A stretch of 64,000 bases of DNA from Nitrososphaerales archaeon (GTDB lineage: Archaea > Thermoproteota > Nitrososphaeria > Nitrososphaerales > Gagatemarchaeaceae). Below the pieces are notes generated by a model. It ran no database searches and was not told the origin of the DNA. It saw only the letters and a program-made list of their open reading frames with translations. The position numbers and the translations under genes are program-made. The stretch is taken from positions 23,607 to 87,606 of the forward strand of contig JASHOZ010000056.1 in NCBI GenBank assembly GCA_030038395.1, written 5' to 3'. Position 1 is the stretch's first letter, and every line of letters begins with the position of its first letter. Shown here one piece after another: positions 26,924 through 38,280 of the stretch.

Positions 26924-28600
26924 TTGCAGTACAAGTGGGTGGCGCTTTCGAACACCACCATCGGCACTCTGATGGCGTCGCTCGACGCGACCATCGTCTT
27001 GATTTCGCTCCCGGCGATATTCAACGGGATTCAGATCAACCCGCTGAACTCGTTCCAGTACCTGATCTGGCTCCTTTTCGGGTACAGCATCTGCACGTCC
27101 ACCCTCCTGGTGACGTTCGGCAGGATCTCCGACATGTTCGGGAGGGTGAGGCTCTACAACCTGGGGTTCGCCATCTTCACAGTCGGCACGATCCTGGCCT
27201 TCCTCACCCCCAACACAGGCACCCTCGGCGCCCTCGAACTGATCATCTTCAGAATGGTCCAGGGCGTTGGCGGCGCCTTCCTGTTCGCCAACGGCGCCGC
27301 AATCATCACTGACGCGTTCCCGGAGAACGAGCGCGGCCAGGCGCTCGGGATAAACATGGTCTCGGTCCTGGCCGGCTCGCTGATCGGGCTGGTCATGGGT
27401 GGCGTCCTCGCGTACTACGACTGGCGGTTCATCTTCCTCGTGAGCGTGCCCATCGGCATCTTCGGGACGATATGGTCGTACCTCAGACTTAAGGAGGTCG
27501 GAGTGATAAACAGGAACCAGAAGCTGGACGTCTGGGGGAACCTCGCGTTCGGGGCAGGGCTCACGCTCCTCCTCCTCGGCGTCAGCTACGGCCTCCTCCC
27601 TTACGGCTCTGCCCCGATGGGGTGGGGCAACCCCTGGGTGATTGCCTCCCTCGTCGGAGGGGCCGCGCTCTTGCTCGCTTTTCCGCTCATCGAAGCACAC
27701 GTCGAGTCGCCCATGTTCAGGATTGACCTCTTCAAGATCAGGCCCTTCAGCGCGGGGAACTTTGCTGGATTCCTCGGCGCGATGGGGAGGGGAGGAGTGC
27801 AGATAGTCCTGATCATTCTGCTGCAGGGCATCTGGCTCCCGCTCCACGGCTACGCCTACTCCTCGACCCCCCTGTGGTCTGGGGTCTACATCACGCCGAT
27901 GCTGCTCGGTTTCGTCGTGATGGGGCCGATCAGCGGGAGGCTGTCTGACAGGCGAGGCGCCCGGGGCCTGGCCACCGCCGGCATGATCATAACCGCCGCG
28001 TCCTTCCTGCTGCTGTCCGCACTCCCGTACAACTTCGTGCTCTGGGAGTTCGGCGTCATACTCTTCGTGATGGGTCTGGGAGGGGGCCTCTTCGCGTCCC
28101 CCAACACGGTCTCTATCATGAACTCCGTCCCGCCGGAGAACCGGGGGGCGGCGTCGGGCATGCGTGCGACGCTGCAGAACGTAGGCCAGACGGCGAGCAT
28201 CGCGGTATTCTTCTCGATTGTCCTCTCAGCTCTCTCCGGGAGCCTTCCGTCCGCCCTTGCCACGGCTGTCGCCCAGGCCGGGGCCCCCAACCTCTCCCAG
28301 ACCTTCATGAACATCCCTCCGACGAGCGCGCTCTTCGCCGCGTTCCTAGGCGAGAACCCCATCGGAACGCTGCTCGCGTCTCCCCAGCTCGCCCAGGCCA
28401 AGGCCTCGCTCTCCCCGGCGGTCCTCAGCTACCTCACAAGCAAGACATTCTTCCCGAACGCGATCGCGTCGGCGTTCGAGTCCTCTCTGCGGCTTGCCTA
28501 TTACATCGGGGCCGGTCTGTCGATAGTTGCGGCCGCGGCGTCGGCCCTCAGGGGATCAAAGAAGGTCGTCCCGAAGGAGCCAGACTCCTCCGCATCATGA
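26924..28600 (+). CDS. MFS transporter, DHA2 (14-TM) type
   Basis: [40 protein letters not shown]. Confidence 0.92.
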   Translation: MQYKWVALSNTTIGTLMASLDATIVLISLPAIFNGIQINPLNSFQYLIWLLFGYSICTSTLLVTFGRISDMFGRVRLYNLGFAIFTVGTILAFLTPNTGTLGALELIIFRMVQGVGGAFLFANGAAIITDAFPENERGQALGINMVSVLAGSLIGLVMGGVLAYYDWRFIFLVSVPIGIFGTIWSYLRLKEVGVINRNQKLDVWGNLAFGAGLTLLLLGVSYGLLPYGSAPMGWGNPWVIASLVGGAALLLAFPLIEAHVESPMFRIDLFKIRPFSAGNFAGFLGAMGRGGVQIVLIILLQGIWLPLHGYAYSSTPLWSGVYITPMLLGFVVMGPISGRLSDRRGARGLATAGMIITAASFLLLSALPYNFVLWEFGVILFVMGLGGGLFASPNTVSIMNSVPPENRGAASGMRATLQNVGQTASIAVFFSIVLSALSGSLPSALATAVAQAGAPNLSQTFMNIPPTSALFAAFLGENPIGTLLASPQLAQAKASLSPAVLSYLTSKTFFPNAIASAFESSLRLAYYIGAGLSIVAAAASALRGSKKVVPKEPDSSAS

Positions 28601-29383
28601 AGGCGTCCGCGCGAGCGACCTGTCGCACACCTGGCAGTACTCGCAGGCGCGGCACTTCGCCGCACTGGTGCTCGAAGTCGGCTCCCTCTCGCCCGTCCAG
28701 TATCCGCGCTTCGACCCTATGCTCGCCAGCGCGGCGGGGACGTCGTGAGCCATGACGTGCACCTTTACAGCCCCCCGGTACTCAGACTCCAGTCGGGCGA
28801 CCTTCCCACCCATCAACGCTCCCGACACTTTCCGTACCCAGCGCTTCTTCTCATCCTCCGACAGCTCGTCTGCCTTCACCCTGACGACCGCGAGGCGCAG
28901 TTCGGAGCAGTCGAGGCCCATCGTGTACAATAACAGCCCATAGATCCTCGCCTGCACCGCCTGATCGTCCCAGAGCCGGCCGGGGTCGCCTTTGGTGGTC
29001 TTCAGCTCGACCAGCCAGAGCGGCTTTCCCCCCGCCCACACTATGTGGTCGGGCATCCCGATGATACGCAGTCCCCCCACGCTCCCCCAGACCCCCAGCA
29101 CGGCGTAGCTCGGCACCTTCCTGCTCACCAGCTTCGCGAACGCCTTCGGCGTGATACTCACGCCCGGGACAAGCTCGTCGTGAAGGCGCGTCCCAGTCTC
29201 TTTGGTCTCGGTCGGAATCTCTCCCATCGCCACGGCGTTCTCGACCTTGTATTCGCAGTAGAACTGACCCGCGATGTCGGAGACTCCGACGAACGACACG
29301 CCGTGGCGGAACTCCGGTCGCGCGGCCGCCATGAACGCCGACTCCCGCTTCCACAGGTCCTCCCAGAAGGCGTCGGACGGCAT
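28595..29383 (-). CDS. Solo Cas4/Exo5-like PD-(D/E)xK nuclease with predicted Fe-S cluster
   Basis: [20 protein letters not shown]...VELKT, QARIY, C-terminal [11 protein letters not shown]. Confidence 0.8.
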   Translation of the reverse strand: MPSDAFWEDLWKRESAFMAAARPEFRHGVSFVGVSDIAGQFYCEYKVENAVAMGEIPTETKETGTRLHDELVPGVSITPKAFAKLVSRKVPSYAVLGVWGSVGGLRIIGMPDHIVWAGGKPLWLVELKTTKGDPGRLWDDQAVQARIYGLLLYTMGLDCSELRLAVVRVKADELSEDEKKRWVRKVSGALMGGKVARLESEYRGAVKVHVMAHDVPAALASIGSKRGYWTGEREPTSSTSAAKCRACEYCQVCDRSLARTPS

Positions 29384-29405
29384 GGCCCCAGAGCCGGCTG
29401 CGCGG

Positions 29406-30137
29406 TTATCTAAGGGCTACACGCGTCTTCGCTCCGAAGTAGGCGCCCACGGCCCCATGCGAGAGGGTTCTGAGGGTCCGCCTCTGCACGCCTTCGCGCT
29501 CGAAGGCTTCCGCTATGCTCTCGTCCCACCTTGTCTGATCGATGATACACGGGAGGTTCTTGAACGTGGTCGCCGCCTCGCTCTTTGCGAACTCTAGGAA
29601 GCGCCCGACGGCCGGGAGCACTCCCCCGATGTACAGCTTCAGGAAAGGGGAATACGGCCCACGCGGGCGGACAAAGTCGTAGAGGGCGACTCTGCCACCT
29701 TCCTTCAGGACCCTGGATGACTCACTGGCGAACCTTGCAATGTCTACGTACTTCGGCACATAGCAGGAAACCACCGCGTCGAACGTTCCGTCTGGGAAGG
29801 GGAGCGACTCCGCGTCGCCTTGGACCAGGCCTTCCACGCTCGATATCCTCTTCGACAATCCGATTCGAATCATCTCTTCGGTGAGGTCGACGCCCACCAT
29901 GGAACACCCGACCCGGTCGAGCTTGTCCTCGAGGAGGCACGTCCCGCTACCGATGTCCAGCACGCGCTCGCCCGGCTTCACGCCCGCGTTTTCGTACGCC
30001 CAGCGCTTCCAGTACCTGTCCTGGGCGAGGGTTGCGACGTTCAGCACTGTCTCGTATGACGTCGCCAGTCCTCCGAAGATCTCCAAGGCCGCGGCGTGCA
30101 TCTCTTCGCTTCGTCCGTGCTCCGCGGCACCGTCCAT
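29406..30137 (-). CDS. UbiE/MenG-like SAM methyltransferase
   Basis: IFGGLATSYE, QDRYWKR, VLDIGSGT, GDAESLPFPDGTFD. Confidence 0.8.
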   Translation of the reverse strand: MDGAAEHGRSEEMHAAALEIFGGLATSYETVLNVATLAQDRYWKRWAYENAGVKPGERVLDIGSGTCLLEDKLDRVGCSMVGVDLTEEMIRIGLSKRISSVEGLVQGDAESLPFPDGTFDAVVSCYVPKYVDIARFASESSRVLKEGGRVALYDFVRPRGPYSPFLKLYIGGVLPAVGRFLEFAKSEAATTFKNLPCIIDQTRWDESIAEAFEREGVQRRTLRTLSHGAVGAYFGAKTRVALR

Positions 30138-30167
30138 CGCATGCCCGGACTTTGGTGACCCTTATGC

Positions 30168-30938
30168 TTGGCGCGGGCGAAGGCGGAACAGTCAATAGAC
30201 CAGCACGGTCCGGATGCCGACGTGACTGGGGAGGACGAAGGTCCAACTCGGAGAAACGAGTGGTACGTCCCCAAGTTCGGTCCGCCCCGTTTCAGGCTCT
30301 TCGTGGGGATGGCGTTCGTACCGTACACCCTCATGAATGTCAGCTACGTCGTGACTGGCTCTATGCTCGCTCCTGGTGGCATCGACTGGGTGAGGGTGGG
30401 GGAAATCTCGATGGTCTACCTGCTGGCTGTAGGGATTTCGGCCCATGCCCTGGACGCTCTTGCTCCGAACAAGCCGTGGGGGACCTTCCTTTCGAGGACG
30501 CAACTCGAGGCTCTCGCGGTATTGGCCCTTGTGCCTGCGCTCTCACTCGGTCTTTACCTTGCGCTGAGCCACGCGCCTTGGTTGATCCCGGTCGGCCTGG
30601 CTGAACTCTTCTTCCTGCTGGCTTACAACCTCGAGCTGTTTGAAGGCAGGTTCCACACGGAAGGATGGTTCGCGTTCAGCTGGGGGTTCCTCCCTGCGAT
30701 TGCCGGGTTCGTGGCGCAGACGAACTCGCTCGCCCCGCAGGCCATCGCCGGGGGCGCGTTCGGACTCACGACCGCCTACGTGGAGATCAACGCATCGAGG
30801 CCGTACAAGGCGCTGAAGAGACGACTGGGAGACCCCCTCCTGGCAGAAAGCGGACTGCGCTTTGAGCGGGTGCTGAAAGGAGTAGTGGCATCAACCCTCG
30901 TCGTCGCCGTCCTCCTCATCACTCTCAGGCTCCAGTGA
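30168..30938 (+). CDS. Multi-pass membrane protein, possibly UbiA-superfamily-like
   Basis: Several TM helices, GISAHALD, AYNLELFEGRFH; divergent from the UbiE-like gene. Start uncertain. Confidence 0.6.
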   Translation: MARAKAEQSIDQHGPDADVTGEDEGPTRRNEWYVPKFGPPRFRLFVGMAFVPYTLMNVSYVVTGSMLAPGGIDWVRVGEISMVYLLAVGISAHALDALAPNKPWGTFLSRTQLEALAVLALVPALSLGLYLALSHAPWLIPVGLAELFFLLAYNLELFEGRFHTEGWFAFSWGFLPAIAGFVAQTNSLAPQAIAGGAFGLTTAYVEINASRPYKALKRRLGDPLLAESGLRFERVLKGVVASTLVVAVLLITLRLQ

Positions 30939-31127
30939 GCCCCGATCCGACCAGCCTCGGTCCGAGGGCGTCACCGCCGGCGTGAGGGCTCACAGGGTCC
31001 GCTGAGCCTCTTAGCGTTCGTCGGTCACTACGTTGCTGAGGGGTGACTCGGCGTAGCTCATGCCCATCGCCGCCGGCAACCGTGCGACTCAGAAAGAGTG
31101 ATTTAGTGTGAGGGGAGCCGGCGGGGC

Positions 31128-32957
31128 GTGTTCGAGCCCCTCTTGGATGCGGACGCCCCCTGGAAGAAGAGGTTCCGCCTCCCCCGGGTGTCCATCCAGA
31201 TAGCTTCGGGCAACCCGGAACATGTGCTCGTTAACAGCAACCGGACCGGGGTCTATGAGCTGTACGCGTACGACCTCTCGTCGGACTCCCTGAAACAGCT
31301 GACGAACAGGGATTCTGGGACAGCGTATGGGACGATCTCGCCGGACGGTCGCCACATCTACTACATGGACGACAAGGCGGGGAACGAGACGGGACACATC
31401 GTACGGGTGCCGTTCGAGGGTGGGACGCCGCAGGACATGACCCCCGACCTTCCGGACTACACACTGGTGAGCCCCACCGCCGACGGGATTGGCTCGCGCA
31501 TGGGTGTCACGATTCCCAGGCCCGAGGGTTTCGACTCCTACGTGGTCACGATGAAGGACGGGAGGCCGGGGAAGGCGAGCATAATCAACAGGAGCAGGAG
31601 GATGGCCGACGGGCCAGTCTTCTCGCACGACGGGAGGCTCTCCGTCGTCAGTTCGGCGGAGCGCTTCGGCGGGCTCGACTTCACGGCCATCTCCTTCGAC
31701 ACGGGTTCCGGTGAGAGGCTCAACGAGCTGGCAGACGAGTCAAGCCGGGTCGACCCGGCGGCATTCTCCCCAGTGTCCGGCGACGCCCGTCTCCTCGCGG
31801 AGAGCAACAGGACAGGCATAATGCGCCCGCTAATTTGGGATGCGCGCACGGGCAGCAGGACCGACCTGCGAACTGAGAGCATAGAAGGCGACCTCGTCGG
31901 GATGGGGTGGTCCCCCGACGCGAGGAGGGTCCTCCTCTGCCAGACAGACAGAGCGACTACGCGACTTTGGACATACGACATCGGTTCTTCGGCACTCGCC
32001 AGGGTCCCCCACCCAGAGGGGACCGTCGTCGCGGCGCGTTTCCGGACGAACGACTCTGTGCTGATGTCCTGGCAGGACTCCACGCACCCGACCCAGCTCC
32101 TCTCACTCGACCTCAGCGGCCCCTCACCCGAGTCAAAGGCGTACCTGGTCCAGTCGGACGTCCCGAAGTCCAGGCCGTGGAAACGCGCCACTTACAGGTC
32201 GTCTGACGGCCAGGAGATTCAGTGCTGGTACGCGACCCCCGAAGGGAAGGGCCCGTTCCCCACGATATTCGAGACACACGGCGGACCGACGAGCGTGATG
32301 CCCAACGTCTTCTCTCCGAGGAGCCAAATCTGGCTCGACCACGGGTTCGCTTTCATCTCCGTCAACTACAGGGGCTCTACGACTTTCGGGAAGGAGTTCG
32401 AGAAGAAGATCAACTGTGACATCGGTCACTGGGAGGTCGAAGACATGGTCGCCGGGCGAGACTGGATCGTCCGGAGCGGCATCGCCAAGCCTGACGAGAT
32501 CTTCCTCACCGGTTGGTCGTACGGAGGGTACCTTACGCTGCAAGCTATGGGCGTCCGTCCTGAACTGTGGGCGGGGGGCATGGGAGGAGTGGTGGTAGCT
32601 GACTGGGTGTCTGAGTACGACGACGAGCCGGATGCGATGAGGGGGTACGACGTCGCGCTCCACGGGGGGCCACCCAAGGAGAAGATGCAGGAGTACGAGA
32701 AGGCCTCGCCCATAACCTATGTCGAGAGACTGGCGGCCCCGGTGCTTATAATCCAGGGGAAGAACGACGTCAGGGACCCGCCCCGACAGGTGGAGCTGTA
32801 CGAGGCCAAGGCGAGGGCGCTGGGCAAGGACGTGACGGTCGAGTGGTTTGACACCGGACACGCAGGGTCCGGGATAAACGTCGAACTCGCGGTCCGCCAC
32901 CACGAAGTCATGCTGCGGTGGATGCAGAAGGTATTGGGCGAGAAGCGTAACAGGTGA
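31128..32957 (+). CDS. S9-family acylaminoacyl/prolyl oligopeptidase
   Basis: Beta-propeller N-terminus, HGGP, NYRGSTTFG, GWSYGG, QGKND, GH. Confidence 0.92.
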   Translation: MFEPLLDADAPWKKRFRLPRVSIQIASGNPEHVLVNSNRTGVYELYAYDLSSDSLKQLTNRDSGTAYGTISPDGRHIYYMDDKAGNETGHIVRVPFEGGTPQDMTPDLPDYTLVSPTADGIGSRMGVTIPRPEGFDSYVVTMKDGRPGKASIINRSRRMADGPVFSHDGRLSVVSSAERFGGLDFTAISFDTGSGERLNELADESSRVDPAAFSPVSGDARLLAESNRTGIMRPLIWDARTGSRTDLRTESIEGDLVGMGWSPDARRVLLCQTDRATTRLWTYDIGSSALARVPHPEGTVVAARFRTNDSVLMSWQDSTHPTQLLSLDLSGPSPESKAYLVQSDVPKSRPWKRATYRSSDGQEIQCWYATPEGKGPFPTIFETHGGPTSVMPNVFSPRSQIWLDHGFAFISVNYRGSTTFGKEFEKKINCDIGHWEVEDMVAGRDWIVRSGIAKPDEIFLTGWSYGGYLTLQAMGVRPELWAGGMGGVVVADWVSEYDDEPDAMRGYDVALHGGPPKEKMQEYEKASPITYVERLAAPVLIIQGKNDVRDPPRQVELYEAKARALGKDVTVEWFDTGHAGSGINVELAVRHHEVMLRWMQKVLGEKRNR

Positions 32958-33005
32958 GACCGGAGGCCGCGAGAAGCTGCGGCCGCGCTCGCCCCCGGGG
33001 CTTTC

Positions 33006-33389
33006 CTACATTCCCTTGCTCTGCCAGAGGCCGATTATGTTGCCTTCCGTGTCCTGGAAGTAGGCGGCCCACCCCATGTCGGCGACGGGGTTCTTCTTTC
33101 CGACCACCTTCCCCCCGAGCTTCGTTATGCTCTTCCAGGCGGCGTCGATGTCGGGGACGGATATGGTCACGGTGACGCCCTCAGGGGCCATCTCCCCCTT
33201 CTTCCCCATGCCGCCGTTGATTGCGCCGGGCTTGCTCGGCATACCGTTCTTGTCGGACGCGGTGGTACCGAGCATCCAGTATTCTGCACCCTCGAACTTG
33301 TTTACTGACCAGCCGAAGGCCTTCGAATAAAATTCCGAAGCTCTCTTGGGGTCCTTTGCGGGTATCTCGAAGTGAACTACTGAGTCCAT
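33006..33389 (-). CDS. VOC/glyoxalase family protein
   Basis: VVHFEIPAKD...FYSKAFGW, GAINGG, AYFQDTEGNIIGLWQ. Confidence 0.9.
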   Translation of the reverse strand: MDSVVHFEIPAKDPKRASEFYSKAFGWSVNKFEGAEYWMLGTTASDKNGMPSKPGAINGGMGKKGEMAPEGVTVTISVPDIDAAWKSITKLGGKVVGKKNPVADMGWAAYFQDTEGNIIGLWQSKGM

Positions 33390-33487
33390 GATGGCGCTCC
33401 GGCATCCGTGGATTTAAGCAACGCCAATTGACTCTATGACGAAGGCGCCAAATGGATATGTAACGCGGTGGGGCGGAGTCTTAGGCT

Positions 33488-34351
33488 GTGTCCGAGGAAC
33501 CAAGGATAACTGAGGAGCTGAGCATCGGCGACCTGATTTCTCGGACGTTCCACCTCTTCGCAAGGGACTTCGAGAGCTACTTCGTCGTCTTCCTCGTCGT
33601 CGGCATCGTAACCGGGGTGTTGAGTACGGCTCTGTCCGGGGTGATAGTAATCTCGTCTCTTCCCAGTGGGGCTCCGACGTCGCAGGTGCTGAGCTACCTC
33701 GCGGGCGTGCTGGAGCTTGCGGTCCTAACCGCGATAGTGAGCTGGATAGTCGGCTCCGTCGCCACGGGAGCCGCGGTACGCATGGCGTCAGTGGTGATCC
33801 AGGGCGGGCAAGCAGACTGGAACGCGAGCGTGAAGTTCACGTTCTCGAAGATCATCCCGATCTGGATAGTCGAGCTTGTGGTCGGCCTGATCGTCTTCTT
33901 GGGCGTCCTCGCGCTCATCGTCCCTGGGATAATCCTGTACATCATGTTCTCCCTCGCCGTGCCAGTCCTGCTAATCGAGGGCACCGACATACTGCCGAGC
34001 ATGGCGAGAAGCCGCAAGCTCGTCGGGAACAGGTGGCTCAAGACGTTCGGGTACCTTCTCATCATAGGCATCGTCATGGGGATCGCGTCGCTGATAGTGG
34101 GAGTAATCGGCGGACTGTTCGGGCCGGCGAGCACCGTCGTGAAGGATGCACTATCGGCGCTGTACATGCCGATACTTCCGATAGGACTGACGGTGTACTA
34201 CTATTCGAACGCGGCCCGGCTGGAGCCGCCTCCCGCCCAGCCTGTGGCACCGCCAGTCCAGGCATCGGTCAAGTTCTGCCCAGGGTGCGGCACGCAGCTC
34301 AGCGCATCTTCGCTCTTCTGCCCGAAGTGCGGCGCGAAACAGCCTTCCTAG
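33488..34351 (+). CDS. Membrane protein with C-terminal Zn ribbon
   Basis: About 6 TM helices, Pro-rich linker, KFCPGCG...FCPKCG. Confidence 0.8.
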   Translation: MSEEPRITEELSIGDLISRTFHLFARDFESYFVVFLVVGIVTGVLSTALSGVIVISSLPSGAPTSQVLSYLAGVLELAVLTAIVSWIVGSVATGAAVRMASVVIQGGQADWNASVKFTFSKIIPIWIVELVVGLIVFLGVLALIVPGIILYIMFSLAVPVLLIEGTDILPSMARSRKLVGNRWLKTFGYLLIIGIVMGIASLIVGVIGGLFGPASTVVKDALSALYMPILPIGLTVYYYSNAARLEPPPAQPVAPPVQASVKFCPGCGTQLSASSLFCPKCGAKQPS

Positions 34352-34357
34352 CATCAG

Positions 34358-34702
34358 CTACACGTACGTCTCGATCGCGCGCTTCAGAAGGGTCCGGTGG
34401 CAGTGCGCTTCGTCCTTGCACCCGCACAGTAGGGTGATCGTCCCGACCCTCGACTCTGCTGCCAGGGCTCTCAGCGCCTCCTCCTTCCCCTTGAGCCCCG
34501 CCGCGTACCCGCGAGTGAACTCGGCCCATGTGATGCCACCTGACTTCCACTTCCTGATCAGCTCCCTGTCGGTACCGAGTTCTTTCATCCAGGCGTCCAC
34601 CTTGTCTCTGGAGACTCCTCTGGGCCACAGTCTCATCACCAGGATGCGCCTCCCGTCGGCTTCATCCCTCTGGTCGTAGACAGTCTTCCTCGTCCTAATC
34701 AA
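34358..34702 (-). CDS. DUF488 / YeaO-like protein
   Basis: VYD...DGRRILVMRLWPRGVS...WMKEL, ITLLCGC.DEAHCHR; TTG start inferred. Confidence 0.85.
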   Translation of the reverse strand: MIRTRKTVYDQRDEADGRRILVMRLWPRGVSRDKVDAWMKELGTDRELIRKWKSGGITWAEFTRGYAAGLKGKEEALRALAAESRVGTITLLCGCKDEAHCHRTLLKRAIETYV

Positions 34703-34740
34703 GCCGACTCCCCACGACCGTTCAAAGGTTTCGTGCATCT

Positions 34741-36431
34741 TCACCAAAGCGTCTCGAAGTTCTTCATAGTGGTTGAAGGCGAATAGGCGAACACCACGGG
34801 CTGGTCCCAGCTTGAAACGGCTTCGACATGGGGATAATCCTCGCCCCACTTCCAGAGCAGCTTCCAGTACGACTCGCCGCCTTGGATCGTGCTGGCATGC
34901 TCAACACATACCCATCCAGGTTCTGCGAGATAAGCCGGACACCCCATAGTGACCGACCATCCTCCCTTCCCGATCGGGAAGCGGCTCATGATCCCGAACT
35001 GAAAGAAGTAGTGTCCGCTTTCGCCGCCGCTCCCGCTAGCCACGCCGATGTCAAAGTCGGGATTCTCTTGAGGGGGCGCGGCGAAGCTCGTCATGTTGCG
35101 CAAAGGACCTGCACCGACTCCGTAAGCCCAATAGACGGTGTGCCCAATCCATTCAACGGTCAGGTGAATCTCGGAAGACAGATTCGTCACGCCAATCTCT
35201 GAAGAGTTCAGGAACATCAGGACCTTCCAGGAGTGGCCACCGCAAGCTGAGACGTAGTCACAGACCTCCCACGCGCTGGCGACCAAAACCTCGTTGCCGT
35301 TCCTGAAAAGATAGGCGTCGTGTCTGTAACCATAGTCGATTCCGTCTACGCAACAACCCGGCGAGTGGACGCCTAGCCCCGCGGCCAAGTAGTTGTCGGG
35401 CTGAATAGACGACAGGTTCGTGCCGGCGAAGCTCACCGTCAGCGACACCCCCTTTGTTCTGCCAAGGGCCGAGTCCATGTACCCTCCGGCATAAGCGTGC
35501 ACGCCCATGCCAAAGGAGGCGGTGCTCCCTGAAGACCCCTCCTGCGGCACAATTCCGACCACCGCGTCCGGATAGATGACCACTATCATCAGCAGCGCGA
35601 GAGTCACCGCGGTGATGAGAGGCCAACGCGAAGATGCGAGTCGAGAAGGCCACGAGTTTGCGCCGTGTTTCATGAGAAGAGTTCCCACAATTGCGCCAGC
35701 TACGACTGCGGTTGCCATCAGAAGAATGTCGTCTGCGACGAGCGCAAAGTAAGCTGCGGCGATGCCTAGCGTGACTGGGATGGTCACCGAACCGGCGACG
35801 AGCGGGACGGCGACGCCGGGGAGCGCACGGGTCTTAGCCGCCGACGATGCAGAGGTCGCGAGTGAAAGGATGAAGAGAAGGGAGACGACCCCCACGGTTT
35901 GGCTGAGGCGAGGAGCCTGGTGCCGGCGAACGTGAAGACGACCGGATAGTAGGCATCGGCCACGAAAGTGGCGAAGGACACAAGAGCGAAGGTGAGGCCA
36001 GAGTAGGACCGCTTGGAGCTCACGATTGCTCCCATCGAGCCCCCGGCAACGCCAGTCGAAGACAGATCGAGTCCCAGCCGGAGGGGCTTGAGCTCCTCCG
36101 GGCCTGTGCTGTAGCAGACCTTTGGAGTGCAGAGGACGTAGAACAGGATCGTCAGCCCGATGACCCCGGTGACCGAGCAGACTGCAGCCGAGACTGCGCT
36201 CTTGAGGATGACGCCCGCGGCTACAGACCCGGCAAGAATCAGAACCATGAAGAGCCAAATCCTCGGTCCCGACCAGTCGCCAAACACAGGACTGCCTGTC
36301 AGAAAGCAGTACTCCGTAATCCGCTCGACCGTATAGCTCAGAGCAAGCACGGCGGCCACCGAGACGAGCGCCTTTGCGGCCGAGAACCCTCTCTCACGAC
36401 TCGGGATCCTCGAGCCCGGACGCGAATGCAT
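34741..36431 (-). pseudogene. Frameshifted multi-TM protein with extracellular Cys-rich beta domain (about 563 aa if restored)
   Basis: Hydrophobic coding in ORF 35784-36431 switches near the G5 run at 35889-35893 to the frame of ORF 34741-36258 (KPWG / VVSLLFILSL). Confidence 0.6.
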
Positions 36432-36700
36432 AAGTCTCCTCGCCCGAGCTCAGAGAAGTAACGCTTCGCCCGCTTAGTCGTTGTTACCAACTCGCGACCT
36501 CGTCTTCCTGACCGATGCGGGTGCAGTGTGTTTCCGCCGACTGCCTCGTCGCAGCGACATCCCCCGTGTGACTCGATCGGTCACGACATGCATAGACCCG
36601 ATCTGACAGCACGATGCCGGACGTCGTCGAATTATACATGTTCTCGGCCGTCGACCCCTCATGAGGTCTCGCAGTCCCATTCAGTTCTAAACTCCAAGCA

Positions 36701-37489
36701 TCATAGGTGCGGCCGCAGTCGACCCTGGCCCGACCACCCAGACGATGTCCTCCCCTTCGCGGCCTTCCTCCATCTTGCGGCGCGAGACTGAGCCTGTAGC
36801 GGACGGACTTCTCTACGGTTCGACTCCTCGACGACCTTCCTGAACAAGGAGGTCATCATCTTCGCAGTCAGCTTGCCGGTGTTGGTGTTCCTCGGGCTGG
36901 GGTGATAGCAGGCATAGACAGTAGGGACGTTTGCGAGCGCGTAGCTTCCTCCATGTCGGAACTCCATCCTCTTGACATCGGCGCCTTTCCGCTCTGCCCA
37001 CTTAGTTATCGACTCGAACGCCAAGTGGCCCAGGGCGACGATCGATTGCACGCGGGGAAGGAGCGATAGCTCGGAGTCCAAGTACGGTGCGCAGTTCTGG
37101 AACTCCTCTCTGGTCGGCCTGTCGCCCGGCGGGACGCACTTCACGGCGGCGGTGATGTAGCAGCCCTTTAGCACCAGGCCGTCGTCTTTCGAAAGCGACT
37201 CCGGTTTGCTGGCGAGCCCTGCGGCGTGCATGCACTTCATGAGGAACGCGGCCGACGCGTCGCCCGTGAACACCCTCCCTGTCCTGTTCCCTCCATGCGC
37301 CGCAGGAGCCAGGCCGACGACGACTATGCCTGCCCCCAAGTCGCCGAACCCTGGCACAGGCTTTCTCCAGTAGTCCTGCCCGCGGAAGGCAGCCCGGACG
37401 GGGACGGACTCCCTGAAGCCGGCGAGCCTGGGGCATCTCCTGCAAGAGACGAGGTCAGCCCGCAGCTCCTCCATGCTGGCCCAGCCCAA
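36701..37489 (-). CDS. udgB: Uracil-DNA glycosylase, family 5 (UdgB)
   Basis: CRRCPRL, GLAPAAHGGNRTGRVFTGD, KCVPP, HPSPRNT. Confidence 0.9.
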   Translation of the reverse strand: MGWASMEELRADLVSCRRCPRLAGFRESVPVRAAFRGQDYWRKPVPGFGDLGAGIVVVGLAPAAHGGNRTGRVFTGDASAAFLMKCMHAAGLASKPESLSKDDGLVLKGCYITAAVKCVPPGDRPTREEFQNCAPYLDSELSLLPRVQSIVALGHLAFESITKWAERKGADVKRMEFRHGGSYALANVPTVYACYHPSPRNTNTGKLTAKMMTSLFRKVVEESNRREVRPLQAQSRAARWRKAAKGRTSSGWSGQGRLRPHL

Positions 37490-37496
37490 CCTGTAG

Positions 37497-38273
37497 TCAC
37501 TCCAACCCGCTGATGTAGAGGTGAGTGTCGTAGTGGAGAGTAACGGCGCCGTTGCGGCTGCACTCTTCGAAAATCCTGAGCATCTCCTTCGCCGCCGCGT
37601 CCCACTCGGGCGTCCCCCCCGCGGGCGAGTATGAAGCCGACGCGAACCTTCCGAGCATGCCTCTCAGGCTCAGGACCTGGCGGTTGGGGACGACGAACTC
37701 CCTGACTGAGCTTCCCGTGAAACTTGACACGTAGGCAATGTCGATGTCAGGGACGTCCGCCTTGTTCTTCGAGAACTCACTGACTAGCCGCGCGTACCCC
37801 TGATCGGCCTTCGCCATCTTCCTGCGCCAGTTGTACAGCACGGCGAGGTTGCCACCACGCTTGAGGACTCTGCGGAACTCCTTCCGTGCAGGTTCGACGT
37901 CGAACCAGTGAAGGGCCTGCCCGACAGTCACCAGGTCGATGCTCCCCGAGAGCAGGCCCGTGTGCTCAGCTGTTCCGTTGACGCTCACGAAGTGCCAGCC
38001 ATACCTTGCCAGGTTACGCTCTGCCATCGCTCTCATCCCTCCGTTGGGCTCCACGCAGTATACGGGGTTCCCGTTGCTCAGAAGGAGTTCCGAGAGTATC
38101 CCGGTTCCTCCGCCGACATCGGCGACGACCCTCTGAGGGTCGAATGCGACCTCTCGCTCCAGTATCTTGAGGACGCCGCTTGGGTACCTCGGTCTGTACT
38201 TCGAGTAGACGTCGGACCGCCCGTCGAACCTGTCGACGAACATGGCCGCGCTTCGGTCTCCACCGTCTGGCAC
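37497..38273 (-). CDS. Class I SAM-dependent methyltransferase
   Basis: YSKYRPRYP, VADVGGGTG, GQALHWFD. Start at GTG 38273 or ATG 38243. Confidence 0.88.
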   Translation of the reverse strand: MPDGGDRSAAMFVDRFDGRSDVYSKYRPRYPSGVLKILEREVAFDPQRVVADVGGGTGILSELLLSNGNPVYCVEPNGGMRAMAERNLARYGWHFVSVNGTAEHTGLLSGSIDLVTVGQALHWFDVEPARKEFRRVLKRGGNLAVLYNWRRKMAKADQGYARLVSEFSKNKADVPDIDIAYVSSFTGSSVREFVVPNRQVLSLRGMLGRFASASYSPAGGTPEWDAAAKEMLRIFEECSRNGAVTLHYDTHLYISGLE

Positions 38274-38280
38274 GCTCGGC

